Origin: Psilocybe cubensis
Lineage: Eukaryota
Direction: 5' to 3'
NCBI GenBank assembly: GCA_017499595.2
Contig: CM038999.1
Span: forward strand, 1,736,001-1,800,000
Length of the DNA: 64,000 bases
A program made the position numbers and the translations under genes. The first letter of the stretch is position 1, and each line of letters begins with the position of its first letter. Shown one piece after another: positions 29,008 through 42,341 of this stretch. The notes beneath the pieces were generated by a model. The model was not told where the DNA came from. It saw only the letters and a list, made by a program, of their open reading frames with translations, and did no database searches.

Positions 29008-31677
29008 ATGACAATCCCTACCCTTAACAACCAAGTGGTCGAATCCCTAGAACAGTACGAAGATGCCATATCATGGATAAATGATACCCTTTCCCCGCCT
29101 GATTCAAATTTGGAAGACAATCTCGTTGACCTTAATGCACTCGATCACGAAATAACCCAACTGCTCACTGCACTCGATATCGCAGCCGAGGATACATCAG
29201 CACGACTTGAACGAATCATTGACGACGTGTCTAGAGGCATACCACGCCTTGCCTATGATTTACATTTCATGAAAGATGGTGCTTCAACACTCCGGAATGC
29301 GCTGGTCGGCGTTTTGCAGCGATCTCGCGATGCTGTTCCAAAGGAAACGAATGCAGCCTTGGACAATCTTCACCATCTTGATACAATTAAAGGGCGAATG
29401 GAGGCTTCCAGAGAAGTTCTAAGGGAAGCTGAAAGTTGGAGCACTCTGGAACATGAAGTTACTTCCCTCATCGTCGAAAAGAGTTATGCAAAAGCTGCAG
29501 ACAGGTTGTCGGAGGCTAATAAGAGCATGGTTGTGTTCCAAAATACGCCAGAATATGATCCCCGACGAACACTTATGGTTAACCTTCAAAACCAGTTGGA
29601 GGCAGCTTTGAGTACGGCACTGGTTTCCGCTATCAATTCTCAAGATTTAGCTGCGTGTAGAGACTACTATTCAATATTTTCAACCATTCAACGTGAACCC
29701 GAATTTCGCAACTACTACTACGCATCTAGAAGATCTTCGATAATTTCTTTATGGCAAAACACGCCCCTAATCGATTGCGAACCCGTTATTACTGTTTCAG
29801 ACAATGCCCCCGCGTATGGCTTCGCAGACTTCCTCGCGAAATTTTACGCCCAGTTCATTTCTGTTCTGAATATGGAAAGGTCTTCGATCTCGTCCATTTT
29901 TCCAGACCCGTCTACCACTATTTCCCAGTTCATATCCTCCACTATGACGTCTTTGCAGCCAACTGTCACCCAACGGCTCACCTCATACTCCTCTTATCAT
30001 GGGGAATCGGCCCTGATACATCTCATATCTGCTTTACGTGTAACGGAGGAATTTGCCGCTGGTGTAGACAAGATAATGGAAAAGATTAAATATGCTGCAT
30101 CCACTCCATTGTCTCCTCTACAGCCTGGAGTTACCTCGGACAAGGCCAAAATCCATCGACGTCGCTCCAGCCGAATGTCAATCTCTTTACGACCTGGTCA
30201 ACATCGGACGTCATCAAGCATCATGGGTAATGACAAGGCTGTTAGTGATTCTGTGGAAAGCATGGAATGGGATCAAGATTTGTTTCAGCCTTTCCTTGAT
30301 TTTCAGACCGATTATGGGTCTTTAGAACGACGCTGTTTGGAGAATAGCCTCTTTGAAATTATCTCGAATGACACACGTGAAAAGCTTCAGGCCTCAGATC
30401 GACCCCGATTGTTCAGGGAACGAGCAATCGACATATTTGGGATCGCAGAGAACAGTATGGTCAGGTGTAACTCATTCACATATGGCTATGGTTCAGTTGG
30501 TTTAGTGAATGCTTTGGATGGATTTTTCCAGTCATTCTTTGACACATGGACAGCAGATATCCGCACGGATTCCTTTGGTTCTTCACAAATCGCCAAAACT
30601 TCCCTAACTGAGACCGATTTCTCAGATCTGGACTACACCGCACAAGATTGGGCTAACATTCAGTTGTCACTTCATCTGCTATCCTCTGGGAGAACTGTGT
30701 TCGATCGACTTTGCTCATTTGAAGCAAGACTACGCGCATACCTTAGCCAGGTCGCTGCTCGTTTTCGGTTATCATTAAATGACCCTTCTAACTTCCTTGT
30801 CGCTGCTACTAAGGGCGAAAGCCAATTACTGGAACAGTCTACACTCAACACTGCAGAGCTTCACAGTCTACTTACCAGTGTCGAGACTGACTGGACACCC
30901 CGAGATACTCAATTTTCTGCATCCCAACGTCTCCAAACCCAAAATGCGGTTCATTTAGAGCCCTTGCTTGAAAGTGCCAGAAAATCGTTATCAGTTTTTG
31001 CGCAAGCATGTCAAACTGTTACGATAAAAACAATTTTGTCCCCTCTGCAAAATCACTTGTCTGGATATGCTTCTTCGTCGGTGTGGATATCACCCGCGGA
31101 TCCTACTCAAACGACGTCTAGCAACGACCTGCGAGTCCCCACATTTTCTCTCTCTCACAGCGAGACTATTCAAAGAGTCGCGGAAGGTCTTCTAAATTTG
31201 CCTCGATTATTTGAAGTCTACGCTGACGACGACGCCCTGGCATTTTCTTTGGAAACATTGCCCTTTGTTGATCCTGAGATGCTTCAAACTCTCACAGAAC
31301 AAACGAGCGATACGAGTGGTCAACAGTCCCATAGGCGGCGGCCTTCCTATGTCAAGCCGAATGCAATGGATGCTGAGATTGTATCTTCGGCTTGGCTCAT
31401 TTCCCTTGGGCACACCTTTTTAGATCACCTTACTGCCGAAATTCTGCCGTCTATCCCTTCCCTCAGTGTCGCAGGGGCAGCTCAGCTGGCTTCCGATCTC
31501 GAATATTTGTCTAATATCGTGCGCGCACTCAATGTGGAGCACAACAACCTTGACAAATGGAAGACACTTGTCAGCTTGGATGCTAATGATGGCGCGAGAG
31601 CTCTCTCTGAAAGCTCTCCTGGCTCACCACTTGACCCTGTGCTCGAACGTGTCGCCAAATTGCGCGGCTGGCGATAG
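29008..31677 (+). CDS. COG7: Conserved oligomeric Golgi complex subunit 7-like (single exon)
   Basis: Helical ~889-aa ORF with WINDTL, IIDDVSRGIPRLAYDL, LDTIKGRMEASREVLREAESWSTL, PTFSLSHSETIQRVAEGLLNLPRLFE, GAAQLASDLEYLSNIVRAL. Confidence 0.8.
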   Translation: MTIPTLNNQVVESLEQYEDAISWINDTLSPPDSNLEDNLVDLNALDHEITQLLTALDIAAEDTSARLERIIDDVSRGIPRLAYDLHFMKDGASTLRNALVGVLQRSRDAVPKETNAALDNLHHLDTIKGRMEASREVLREAESWSTLEHEVTSLIVEKSYAKAADRLSEANKSMVVFQNTPEYDPRRTLMVNLQNQLEAALSTALVSAINSQDLAACRDYYSIFSTIQREPEFRNYYYASRRSSIISLWQNTPLIDCEPVITVSDNAPAYGFADFLAKFYAQFISVLNMERSSISSIFPDPSTTISQFISSTMTSLQPTVTQRLTSYSSYHGESALIHLISALRVTEEFAAGVDKIMEKIKYAASTPLSPLQPGVTSDKAKIHRRRSSRMSISLRPGQHRTSSSIMGNDKAVSDSVESMEWDQDLFQPFLDFQTDYGSLERRCLENSLFEIISNDTREKLQASDRPRLFRERAIDIFGIAENSMVRCNSFTYGYGSVGLVNALDGFFQSFFDTWTADIRTDSFGSSQIAKTSLTETDFSDLDYTAQDWANIQLSLHLLSSGRTVFDRLCSFEARLRAYLSQVAARFRLSLNDPSNFLVAATKGESQLLEQSTLNTAELHSLLTSVETDWTPRDTQFSASQRLQTQNAVHLEPLLESARKSLSVFAQACQTVTIKTILSPLQNHLSGYASSSVWISPADPTQTTSSNDLRVPTFSLSHSETIQRVAEGLLNLPRLFEVYADDDALAFSLETLPFVDPEMLQTLTEQTSDTSGQQSHRRRPSYVKPNAMDAEIVSSAWLISLGHTFLDHLTAEILPSIPSLSVAGAAQLASDLEYLSNIVRALNVEHNNLDKWKTLVSLDANDGARALSESSPGSPLDPVLERVAKLRGWR

Positions 31678-33844
31678 ATCCGGGGGGCTCCATTTCGAAT
31701 GAAAACATATAGGTTAGGTTCAATTCCGTGCTTGATCCAATTCTGTAGCCATGCTAACTTTCATGTTGGAACAGTCGTATAAGTCGGTTTCAATTCATCA
31801 ATCCATGAAAAGTATGTCCTTGTTGGGTAGAAAAGCCTAGATCCATGGACATTTAGTCCCCTTCGATTAAAACCTGAGACTGTTATCTGACTGAATGGAA
31901 AATCCGGAACCGATGAATGATGGTTATGTACCTGATAAGATCAAAGGCTTGCAGCTATATAACTGTTATATACACGGCACAGTCGTTTTGCTATCCCCGT
32001 TATTTCAGCTGTCATTGCCTGAAGTCTTTTTTGCAGGTACGATGTATTCTTGTCGGAGACAATAATATGCGGGTCGCGTATGTACTTGGTCTTTTGTCAA
32101 CGACAAAAAATGATCGTATGCCTTGGAAACAGGATGACGTCTGTATGTGGATGCGTTTATAATTATATCGTATGTAGGCGCAAACGCAAAGCTTCAACAA
32201 ATACGTCAACCACTTTTGTTTAGTGATATGCGGAGAGGATCTCAAGGACGTACATTCCGTGAACCTGTTGTTGCTATCACGGGCGTCCCTTGCGTCCCTT
32301 GCCCTTGTCATGCTTCAATAATGCCCGGGCCCTGTGCCCTCATAATTGACGCTTACGAGTTGATTTAAGAGGGTTGGGTGATGAAGGTTGACGGGTGATT
32401 GTATTGGCAGGTCGTTTCCTTTTGGTAATCATGACCATCTTCGTTCATATGAGTATATATTACACTTGGATTTGATTTCCGGATACGTACAGAGAACTTG
32501 ACGACCCCCGCATACGACATACGCGACGGTGCAAATTAGCTTCATCGCGACACCCTGGGTTAATGCGGGACGTTGTTCCCCGCTGGCATAACTAATCCAA
32601 ACGTTAACCTAATAAGGAGTGAGTATTTGAAGCAGTGGTCATGGGGGATTCGGTCAGAATTAAATGGAAAGTAAAAGGTTTCTCGTTGCTTAGGTTTAAG
32701 GAGACGTACTGTTTTAGATTTACTCTGTGGGTCGAACCGCACTCTAACGCACCCCCTGACTGACGTGCCGAAGAGATTGATGGGGGCCTGGAGTTGATCA
32801 ATTTCCAACTCGTTATCGATAGATGACTTTAGGGATCGTTGAACTTGGAAGTTGCAAGAGAAACGACGACAAAGGTGCTAAAGAGAGAATGAATTCAACT
32901 TCTTTCTCCCTACTTATGCCTTATATACCGACTGGATAAGCTGCGACGCCACATAAACTAGAGCATGACGATGGTAGGCCACTTTAACACAATTAAACCG
33001 TTCGGGCCAGGAACAAGACCTGTTTACCTCGCCCAGACTTACGAGAAAGATGGGACATAACTATTAGCGATATGTATGTAAAGTTTACGTCCAGTGATTG
33101 CGGTTTTGTTGCGGCAGGCTGGGCGGATAAATCTTACAGTGCGGTCACGAAGAGATGGATTTGACTAATGCATACGGCCTGAATATTTTTTAAGCTAATA
33201 GACTATAGGGTATGAAATATCTACGAATGCGATTTTTTAGAAATACCTATTCTCCAGGAACATCCCGCTCTTGAATCAGCATGGTACCAGGCAGAACAAC
33301 TCTATGTTCGGAAAGTCCTGCATGGAGTAACAGAAAATAGAAATATAAATGATCAATAATGTGCGTATGCAAGGACACCGGAAGGCCTAAACATATTTCC
33401 AGTAAATACTATATGTCTCAGAGTTCATTCTGGATTTGTTTGACAGATGGTTTTTCTACTATTAGTACTAAAGCAAAGGAGCTGGAGCATTTTTTGGGTA
33501 GACCTGCTTCTCAAAATACGAACAAACGTATCTCGTTATAGTCATGGCACATCGTACCTGATCGATTATATGTTTTTTTCCCCGATACGATCTTTGTAGT
33601 TCAGTTCGAGCACAAAGCCATTCGGCTGCGGAGAGTTTGAGGCCAGTTTCGAGAGTTGAGATGCCGACCTAGGCGCGGGATCATTGTCCATCTCGTTAAA
33701 CAGACGACATTTAGATGACATTCAAATCATTTTTATTATATCAGGCACCAGGATGCAAGCTGCATCCAAGATATAAGATGAGCGCATTCGAGTGTCCCAA
33801 GAAATACGCTCTAACGTCTGGTACAAACTCGCCCTACTTTTGCC

Positions 33845-34712
33845 ATGAACCAGAACAAGGTGATTTGATCCGTGATTTTTTCGACGTGTTATTGACAAGC
33901 GCCCGGCGCAGTACCCTACCTCTGCTCAATGGAATGGAGTCGCGACACACATGCAACATACGGTTGGACAATATCCAACCCAGGAAAATTATCACTCTGC
34001 CATGCCGATGGGCCATAGTTCAGGGGTACAACCAATGCCGCCAGTGTACGATGAACCTCAACCAATGCAGGCAGACTATGCATCGAACTATTACACGACA
34101 TCAGCGCAATATGCATCAAATTCAGCACCTACTAATCAGCATGGTTATACACTTCCTCCCAACGGGCAAATGAACTATGTCCAAGCCCAAGGCCATAGAT
34201 CATCTCATCACATTCCGCGTTCGCCATCCACTATGCCTCATACCCCTTACACACACTCTCCATCGCACTCATACTCATACCCGCACCCTTCATCATCCTA
34301 CTCAGGAAACCCGCTAGAAAGACCGAGATCCAACTCTCAAGTGTATCCCCGGGCACTTTCTCCCGTGAACGGTTATGACCAATCGCCGCAGCCCCAGTAT
34401 ACCGAAATCCCAATACCACAAACCATCGGCATTTCGTCTGACTATCCGACCTCATCTGTCAGGCCTTTCCCTTGCGATCTCTGTGCGTTGTCTTTCAATC
34501 GCCAACACGATTTGAAGCGCCATCGGGAGACACATAATGGGGAGAAGCCATATTTGTGCAACGGGGGATGCGGGAAGACTTTCACTAGAAAAGACGCTTT
34601 GAAACGGCACCAGGTTCGTCCAAATCTCGATGCATTGCCTCCTACGCATTTCACTGATAAATTTATCCAGCTCGTTAAGAAGTGCGGCAAAGTCGACGAA
34701 TCATATTCCTAA
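33845..34712 (+). CDS. C2H2 zinc-finger transcription factor
   Basis: RPFPCDLCALSFNRQHDLKRHRETHNGEKPYLCNGGCGKTFTRKDALKRHQ; Q/P/S/Y-rich N-terminus. Start is uncertain (33845 via a 40-nt intron, or 33951). Confidence 0.85.
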
Positions 34713-34918
34713 TTCAAGGTCGGCATTACCTTTCATTTTTAAAATCGATGTCACTAAATCATATACAGATTTTATTAGCTTTTTATTATTTTTTTGTAGA
34801 TGTTCCATACGTATAATGGCCTACCTGAATTAGTTAGTTCTTCTGTCGACATAATAGGTATTCAATTGTGAAAAGAGACTGACCTTACTGTAATTGTAAC
34901 ATAATGATTTATCGACCT

Positions 34919-35588
34919 TCACGGAAATATCTTCTCTAGCACCCATGCGTCATGGGGGGCAATTTTCTTGTAATAATCTTTGTGAATCTCGACTTCGTTA
35001 AACCCATGACGTTCATAAAATTTCTTCGCATCATGGTTGGAAATCTGAACGTGCAGGTAAATCTTTTGAATTTTGAACTTTGAATGCGCTGTCGCAGCGG
35101 CAAGAATGAGTTCCAGAGTTTGGGAGCCTAGTTTGCGGGACCGATATGGCTAGATAAAAAAGAAAGGGTAAATGAAATGTAATACGGCATGCGGAACTAG
35201 AACAACTAACTGCCAGAATGCCCATCGTCATCAGATATAACAAGTTCTGGCCCTCTTTATTTTCCAATCGGCAACAGATCGTCCCAACCTATGACGTTAC
35301 TATAAAACGGGCAAGCCAAAAGGTAACAGCATATTATCACCTACTGGTATATCATTATAGTAGACTGAGTTCATTCCATCAGTTAGGTACAAAGCTTGAC
35401 GGACTCCAAATGCCCTTACCTAGCTGACAGAACTCCTCTACTTCCGGTTGCAGGATATCCTTATAGAACTTTTCGCTGTATTTAATGGGGAAAAGGACGG
35501 CATTCAGTTTTCGAACAGTTCCCAAATTATTGGGTGTTATTGGAGCAAAGGTCACCCGGGGGGAAGATTTTGCAGAACCGTTCGACAT
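34919..35588 (-). CDS. NAA50: N-alpha-acetyltransferase 50 (NatE catalytic subunit, GNAT family)
   Basis: ITPNNLGTVRKLNAVLFPIKYSEKFYKD, VYYNDIPVGTICCRLE, LYLMTMGILAPYRSRKLG, IYLHVQISNHDAKKFYERHGF..DYYKKIAPHDAWVLEK after splicing. Confidence 0.92.
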
Positions 35589-37252
35589 CTCACCGACAAG
35601 GCGATGGATTCAGGGAAACAAGCGAGGGCGTCACCACTGCGTCGCGTGATGGCAAACGCGTCATCGGACTTTCAATATTAGTTCTCAGACAGTTGACGTG
35701 TTTTTAGTTAATTACGACACTTGGTTTATTAGCTGCACAAGCCGTTAGCATTGTGGTACGAACATCGATTTTTTCATATACGGGCAATGTGTTCTAACTT
35801 GGCCGCTACGGACTAGAATTTCTGACTTTTTTCCAATCATGTTTTGAACTCTAATCCTGCTTTGTTTCCACTAAATCTGTCCAAAATATCCTGGCCTGTT
35901 GAATGGACTTCTGTAGCTCTATCGGTTCCTGCATCATCGATACCTAGAGGGTCACATACCATTTGGGGTGTGTGTCGTCAACGTGTCCAACTTGTACGGA
36001 TTACATACCACGTCAACTTAACTTGTTGACACGCGCGCGCATCCAAAGCATTATTACCATTTTGTGAACTATGACTTACAACGGGGACTTTTCATCGGCT
36101 TTGGCTGCAACTCGTTGTGTGGCCTATATATCTACTTGGCAGCAGTATCTGACCTTCCTTCACCAATCCCATAGATTGCATTTTGGGATCTAATAGTGCA
36201 TCCCAAACTCATCCTGGTTCTATGCTGTTACGCATTTTTGTAATGTATCCGACATGTGGACACTTTCTCATGACAGACGACGTTGCCGTGACTTGGGCCC
36301 TAAGTCCCTGCGGCATTTAACTCCTTTCATTAGCGCGTGAGTGTCCGCCAGGCGCATATGACTTGGCCGTGCTCATCATTCGCGGATCCGATGTCAGTGC
36401 TCCCCTTGGCCTTGAACCCTAGAGATCAAGAGCTAACTGACGTTTCTGGTGTTTCGGTTTAATGGAGGCTTGCAACACAGAAATGAATACTGGCTGAAAT
36501 CGTTCGTTGAGTGGTTATGAAACATATGTCTGGATCCAAGGCAGTGTCAACCGGGCCATTAAGTGGATGTATTTCCTGCAATGACAGAACTCTGGGCGAG
36601 GCAGAGCCTTGTACTTACTTTCGGGGTGGCCCCTTCAGTGAGTCTATAGGTTTCATGAATCATATCAGAAGTTATTAGAGCGCATGCCATACAACCTAGA
36701 AACTCGACGTAGAATACAGTTGAAGGAAGGTAAATTACTGGCCCTATGCTCAACACGTAAAGAGCCAACAGTTCATTCTGTACCGCGGGGCTGTCAGCGA
36801 CACATTTCCTTGCATCAAAGTAGGTCGCAGTGCTTTATAATCTAGACGAAAGCCTATTGTTTGAAGACATGCAATCATGGTACCCAGACTTGTGGTGGCA
36901 GAGAAAACTTGACAGTAAATACAACAAAACCAGTAATGTTCAATACTGCCAAGTACCATTTCCAAGTTTCTAGGAAAAACCGACCGAAGAAATCGGTGGT
37001 CTTTCTCTCAGTTGGTATGTGCAGACAAGGTGGACACGGCGTCAAGAACAGTAACACAGAGGGAAACGAAAGATTTATCAGCGTCAGGTAGTGACGATGA
37101 AGGAGCTACAAAAGAAAGTGGATGGAAGGTGAAAATAGTTGTTGCTGTGAACACAGCTATGATTTGTGACAACTCAGCAATCATAACTCCGTTTGTGATT
37201 TGGCGCAAAGTAATAAGACAAAGTCGATTCTCTCCTCCTCATCGACTCAGCT

Positions 37253-38962
37253 ATGGACTCGAAAGCGACTCTTCTCCAGCGCCCAATGGGCCCTCGCAGC
37301 ATAAACCGGACGGCGTCCCCAATGCCCCCACCCGTCGTTCTCACCTCAGACGCCACCACCCTCGTTCCCCGACGCCCTGCTCCTTCTCGGCCTTCTCTCT
37401 CCCTCTCTCCCCCTTCCAACCAGTCTGAGCAGCCGCGATCCGTAACCCCCACCCCAAGCCTCTCTATTCCTCGCCCCAAGCTTGCCCTCCCTAAGATCAA
37501 GCTCGAGATCAATGCAACTCCCGGCGGTGGCCCTCTTTTTGAGAGTTATGCTGGCGGCCCTGGTGGCCCCGCCCTTCAGCCAGATGCGCATCCAGAGGAC
37601 AAGACAGTCCGTCCGGAGTCTATGACAGTGATACCGGCCCAGCGCCAAGCAGAAACCTTCGATAACCTGCGCGATCTTGTCACTGAGCTGGAGGCAATTC
37701 GCACTGGACTCCCATCTTCTGCACCAACACCGGCGTCGATCGTGCCAGAAGAGTTCTCTGATGCCATCTTTGAGGAACTTGGCCGACTTGGGGAGGGCGC
37801 CGGTGGTGCCGTTCACAAAGTGAGGCATAAGCCGTCAGGCGTGATCATGGCCCGTAAGACCATTACTACGTTGGAGGCACCCAGAAAACAGCTCGAGCGA
37901 GAGCTGTCTATTGCAGCGACGGCCAAGCACGTCAATATTATCCAGTGGTATGGCGCATATATGTCACCATCATCTAGTGAAGTCAAGATCCTCCTGGAAT
38001 ATGGTGAAGGCGGGAGTTTAGAGGCTGTTGGCAAGCGTATCAAAGAGCGAGGGGCAATCGTTGGAGAGAAGATCGTCGGTAGATTGGCTGAAGGAGTGAG
38101 CAATGTTCTGCGATTTTGTTTATCTTTCTAATCTCGCGCCGTAGATCATGCAAGGCCTGGCATATCTTCACACAAAAAAGATTATTCACCGCGACATCAA
38201 GCCATCGAACATTCTCTTGTCCAGGGAGGGAGTCGTCAAACTCTGTGATTTTGGTGTATCCGGTGAACTCGTCAATTCGCTGGCTGGTACATTCACTGGA
38301 ACTAGTTTCTACATGGCGGTACGTGGTTCTCCTGACCGTCTATATAGTGCTATTTCTAATGTACTCTCACTAGCCCGAACGAATCTGCGGGCACGAATAC
38401 ACCATTCGCTCGGATGTCTGGTCCACGGGAATTTCTCTCCTCGAACTCGTCCAAAACCGATTCCCCTTCCCTCCTGATCTTCCACCAATCGAATTAATGA
38501 TGTACATCACCACAGGAGAGGTTTGTGCATGATCATCGTTGGATATCATCTGTTTACTGATCAAGGCTGTTACTCTTTCATAGCCACCCCGACTCGAAGA
38601 TGAACCCGGTGTGCAGTGGAGCGATGAAATGAAAGATTTCATCAAGTTGACGTAAGTTGAAGAGTTATCTTTGGTATGATTTGAAAATTTTGTAGGCTCA
38701 AATAAATATGCTACAGCCTTACTGTAGATGCTACGACACGTCCCACGCCGAGAGATATGCTTGATCATCCATGGATCATCAACATCATGAAGCACGACTA
38801 CAACATGAGCAGATGGATTCGACAAGTTTGGGGGTGGCCAAAATCAAGTCGACGGTCAAGGGATGAGTACGTCATGGATTTTATGTGCTCGACGGAGTAG
38901 ACTTACATTCCGATAGGTCCAGCCTTTCCAGGCCCGGCACCAGCAATGGCGAACCCAGATAA
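37253..38962 (+). CDS. MKK1: MAP kinase kinase, Mkk1/Pek1 (cell-wall-integrity) type
   Basis: [69 protein letters not shown]; Pro-rich N-terminus. Confidence 0.88.
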
Positions 38963-41198
38963 TGAATGTCCTTCTCCCGGTTGCATCATCGCTGTTGATT
39001 CTCGGAGCCGTCACTTGGTTAATCATATCAATGAATTTCCATGGAGTCCCTTTTTCTGATAGTCACATCTACTGTCTGGATAATGATCCCCTGTTGTACA
39101 AAATCGCTTTGACATACCTACTGATACCTGTTTGCATTGTAATTCCCAGTTTTAGAGAAATAATCATCGGAGACTCGATCATACTGTAACAAGATTAGCA
39201 CGACTCAAAGAAGCTTTACCGCGATTATGAGCAGTACTGCTCCCAGAGGCGGCGGCAATGTTCTAAGGTAACTTGATGGATACCCATGCTTTATTACCCG
39301 TCCTAGACAGGAGAATTGATGATTCTGTACCTCAAGCACAATGCTTGGTACAAGTGCAGTCTAACTTGGTTCCTTTCCACGAAGGTAAAGTTTAAATCCG
39401 TCAGATCAACGATGATCACGGTAACTATTAGTAGCTACAGCAAGCGAAGAGATACTCGAGTAAATGGGAGCAAATGTGTTGATGCGGACACAGCAAACAC
39501 TGAGCAAAAGCGTCATGCGCCACCATCTTCATAAACGCGTAACTTGCCGCGGAGGTCTTACCGGCGGATAACAATGCCATCGGGGTAGATTGAAATAGTA
39601 TAGAACTCGATGGCTCGGAATTGAGTCTCGACAAATATAACACCTATATATGAAAGTGAACAAGGACGGGGAAAACGAGGCTTAATGTAGTGCACATCGA
39701 GCCCCTCTTCGTATCCGTCTGGATCAGGACGAGAAAGGGCAGGCAGAAAAGAGTAGAACAAACAATTTTGAGCATTTCCGAGTATCTCGGTCGCGCTTGG
39801 CTGACTACCGTGGATCTTGGAAAACACCACGGGAAATGGATTGAAGGTACCGACATTGATTCGTTGATTATGACTATCTGTGTCTTGGGATGTGTAGTTG
39901 ACCGGTGTGAGATGTATTTTTAGACTGAATTTCGTGCCCCACCGTCAACTAAAAGCTTCTCAGGAACGTCGATCAACGATGGGTATTATTTAGGATAGTT
40001 GGTCTTCCTTACTCACGACCTATGATATGTTCGTACAAGATTGACAGGAGAGTAGTCATGTTTCCAAATCTCGTGTGGGTGTGTATTATGTATATTCGAA
40101 CGTGTTGCTCGTTCGGACTTGGGAAATAACGATATTATGCATCGGCGACGAGTGATATGTATATGCTTGGGATCCATGGACGGATGCTCAGAAGAAGACG
40201 GACGTGATTGCATCGCCCACACTTCATTTTGAGGTTTCCTAGAAAGCACACGTTGACGGCATGCCTTGATCATGCGTTCAGGCAATGAAAGGCCTGGAAT
40301 GCGCAGCTTGTTATTCTCTCTGCAGGCCCTTATTTTCGGGCAACCATGAGGAAAGACTGAAGCAGGAGAGACGGCGCAGGGTGTGCTATTGGATGGAATT
40401 GATGTTTTAAATACATGCTTCAAGGGATAATTGGGAAATATGTGGCCAGTGCAGAGGACTGGTTCCGTGGAGAAATGGAGGATAACGCCTCGGTGGAATC
40501 GGCTAAGTAGGAATTGTGGGCTAACTGGCGACAGCGCACCCAGGTATGGCCTCGGAGGATTGTTGGTGGTTGGGTTAACGCCTCGGGGGTGGGGGGAGAA
40601 AAAGAGTAAAGCGCACGTGTAGGATTTGGTGCAACCCTCCACATGTTTTTGTATGTTGCATAAATAACACACGGCGGAGGAGGGGACATGGCCGTGGAGA
40701 TATCGTGGACTGGGCGAGGAGGTGCGATGTGGGCTTGTCCGTCTTGCACGGTCTGCCTCTGATCGGCTCTTTTCGGCGCACCCGACACATGTCCATATAT
40801 GGCCATCCCATCAAAACATTATCCACAAATGTTTTGTCAAAGTCAAAATCTGCCAATTTTGGTCCCGCAAATTTAGGCCAATTTCTCGCTGCTGCTGCCA
40901 TGCTGGAAGCTTGCGCTGCTGCAGATCTCCCCTGTCTATTTTTTTTAATCCGCCGGACATACCTGGAAAAGATCCAGAAGACAAATAAAATAATCCCCAC
41001 ACATGGAAGTATTTGGAATCTCCTAGGGAAATGGACAGATTCCACTGGTCTACGACCCTTAGATCTGATGTTCGGGGTTCCATACCGATTAGGACCCGTT
41101 GAATTGGCGCGGATTCGTTTTTGTCTGCGCGTGCTTTCGCCTTTATAATCTCTACGCGAATTCCAAAACCCTATCCCGCCGCCTACCACCTAACGCTT

Positions 41199-42341
41199 AT
41201 GAACGACCATATGTCCTAGTCAGGTCCCCCCCTTTCTCTCTATAGCTCATCGCTGACATCCATATTATAGCTCGCCTACTACCCAGTATCTCCCTACCCA
41301 ATACTATCCTGCCCCCAACGTTGCCAATGGCCCTCACATAGTGCCACCGCCTCCTCGCCCTGACCTCTCCCAGCGTAAGCGGCCAAAGTACACCCGAAGC
41401 AAAACCGGATGCTTGACATGTCGCGTCAAAAAAATCAAGGTATACTAGCTCGCCCGCTCCTCGACAATTTTTTTTTTCGTTTCTTACTTGCTTGTTCTAG
41501 TGCGACGAGACTAAGCCAAACTGCATGCGCTGCACTCACGGGTCTCGGGAGGTGCGTATTTCTTCTTGTTCTGTGCGAAAGCAATTTGGGATCCAACATT
41601 TTTTTGTCTAGTGCTCATGGCCTGAGGGTGTTCCCGTACGCAAGAAGAGCGTTGCAAGGAGAGACGAAGATGGTCGGCCCTCCACCGCCGGCTCCTCCAG
41701 TGTGTCAGAGGCATCGACACCTCCCGAGAGAGAACTCTCTCCTCCCAGACGGAACGAAGTCGATTTGAGTCTTATGCCTATTCCTTCGAGGGCTCCGAGG
41801 TAAATCGAAAAAAAAATCCCTATCATATCAGATCATCTTAGGATGTATCGCTCATCGTTCTCTCTCCAGCGACAACTATCTACACATCCCTTCGATGAAT
41901 TCTGACCATGAATCTAGTCGTCGTTCACTGTAAGTCCTACAAATAGCTTATGGTGTCACTTTTTCTTTTTTAAACTCGCGTTTCTAGTGACCGAGGATCC
42001 GGATATTCTCAATCTCACACTTCTGCCAACACCAATCTTCTTTCTATGATTCCCGAAACCTCCTACCCTTCACGCTACGACCATGGATATCTGAGCGGGA
42101 ACAACTCTGCACACTCTGCCCGACAAGCTATGCCACCGTATCGCTCAATGGGTCACCAATCCGGTAACCATTGGAACCACCACCAGGAAGCCATGGACTC
42201 CTATGTAATTGAAAATTTTCATCTATTCGCGCGACTGTCACTGACATCCTGTTTCAGTACGGCCACCATGGCGGACTTCAAGAACGAGTAATGGTCGGGC
42301 ACGGTTCTCCGAACGACCACTCCCACACTAGATATCAATAG
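41199..42341 (+). CDS. Small Zn2Cys6 transcription factor without a recognisable C-terminal regulatory domain
   Basis: Spliced KRPKYTRSKTGCLTCRVKKIK|CDETKPNCMRCTHGSRE|CSWP, then a low-complexity S/P/H-rich tail. Confidence 0.85.

Noticed and set aside
31700-33800. 2-kb gene-free interval scanned for tRNA, snRNA or transposon remnants
   Set aside because: No cloverleaf, U1/U2/U5/U6 signature, terminal repeats or transposase/RT motifs seen; probably the promoter of the C2H2 gene.
35700-37250. NAA50-MKK1 spacer with GC-rich patches that might be a structured RNA
   Set aside because: No diagnostic SRP, RNase P/MRP, snoRNA-box or TPP-riboswitch motif that I can support without a covariance search.
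39300-41190. Several 100-220-aa ORFs on both strands (e.g. 40013-40672, 40575-41189)
   Set aside because: They overlap in several frames, have atypical composition and show no domain motifs; consistent with chance ORFs in a long TF promoter.
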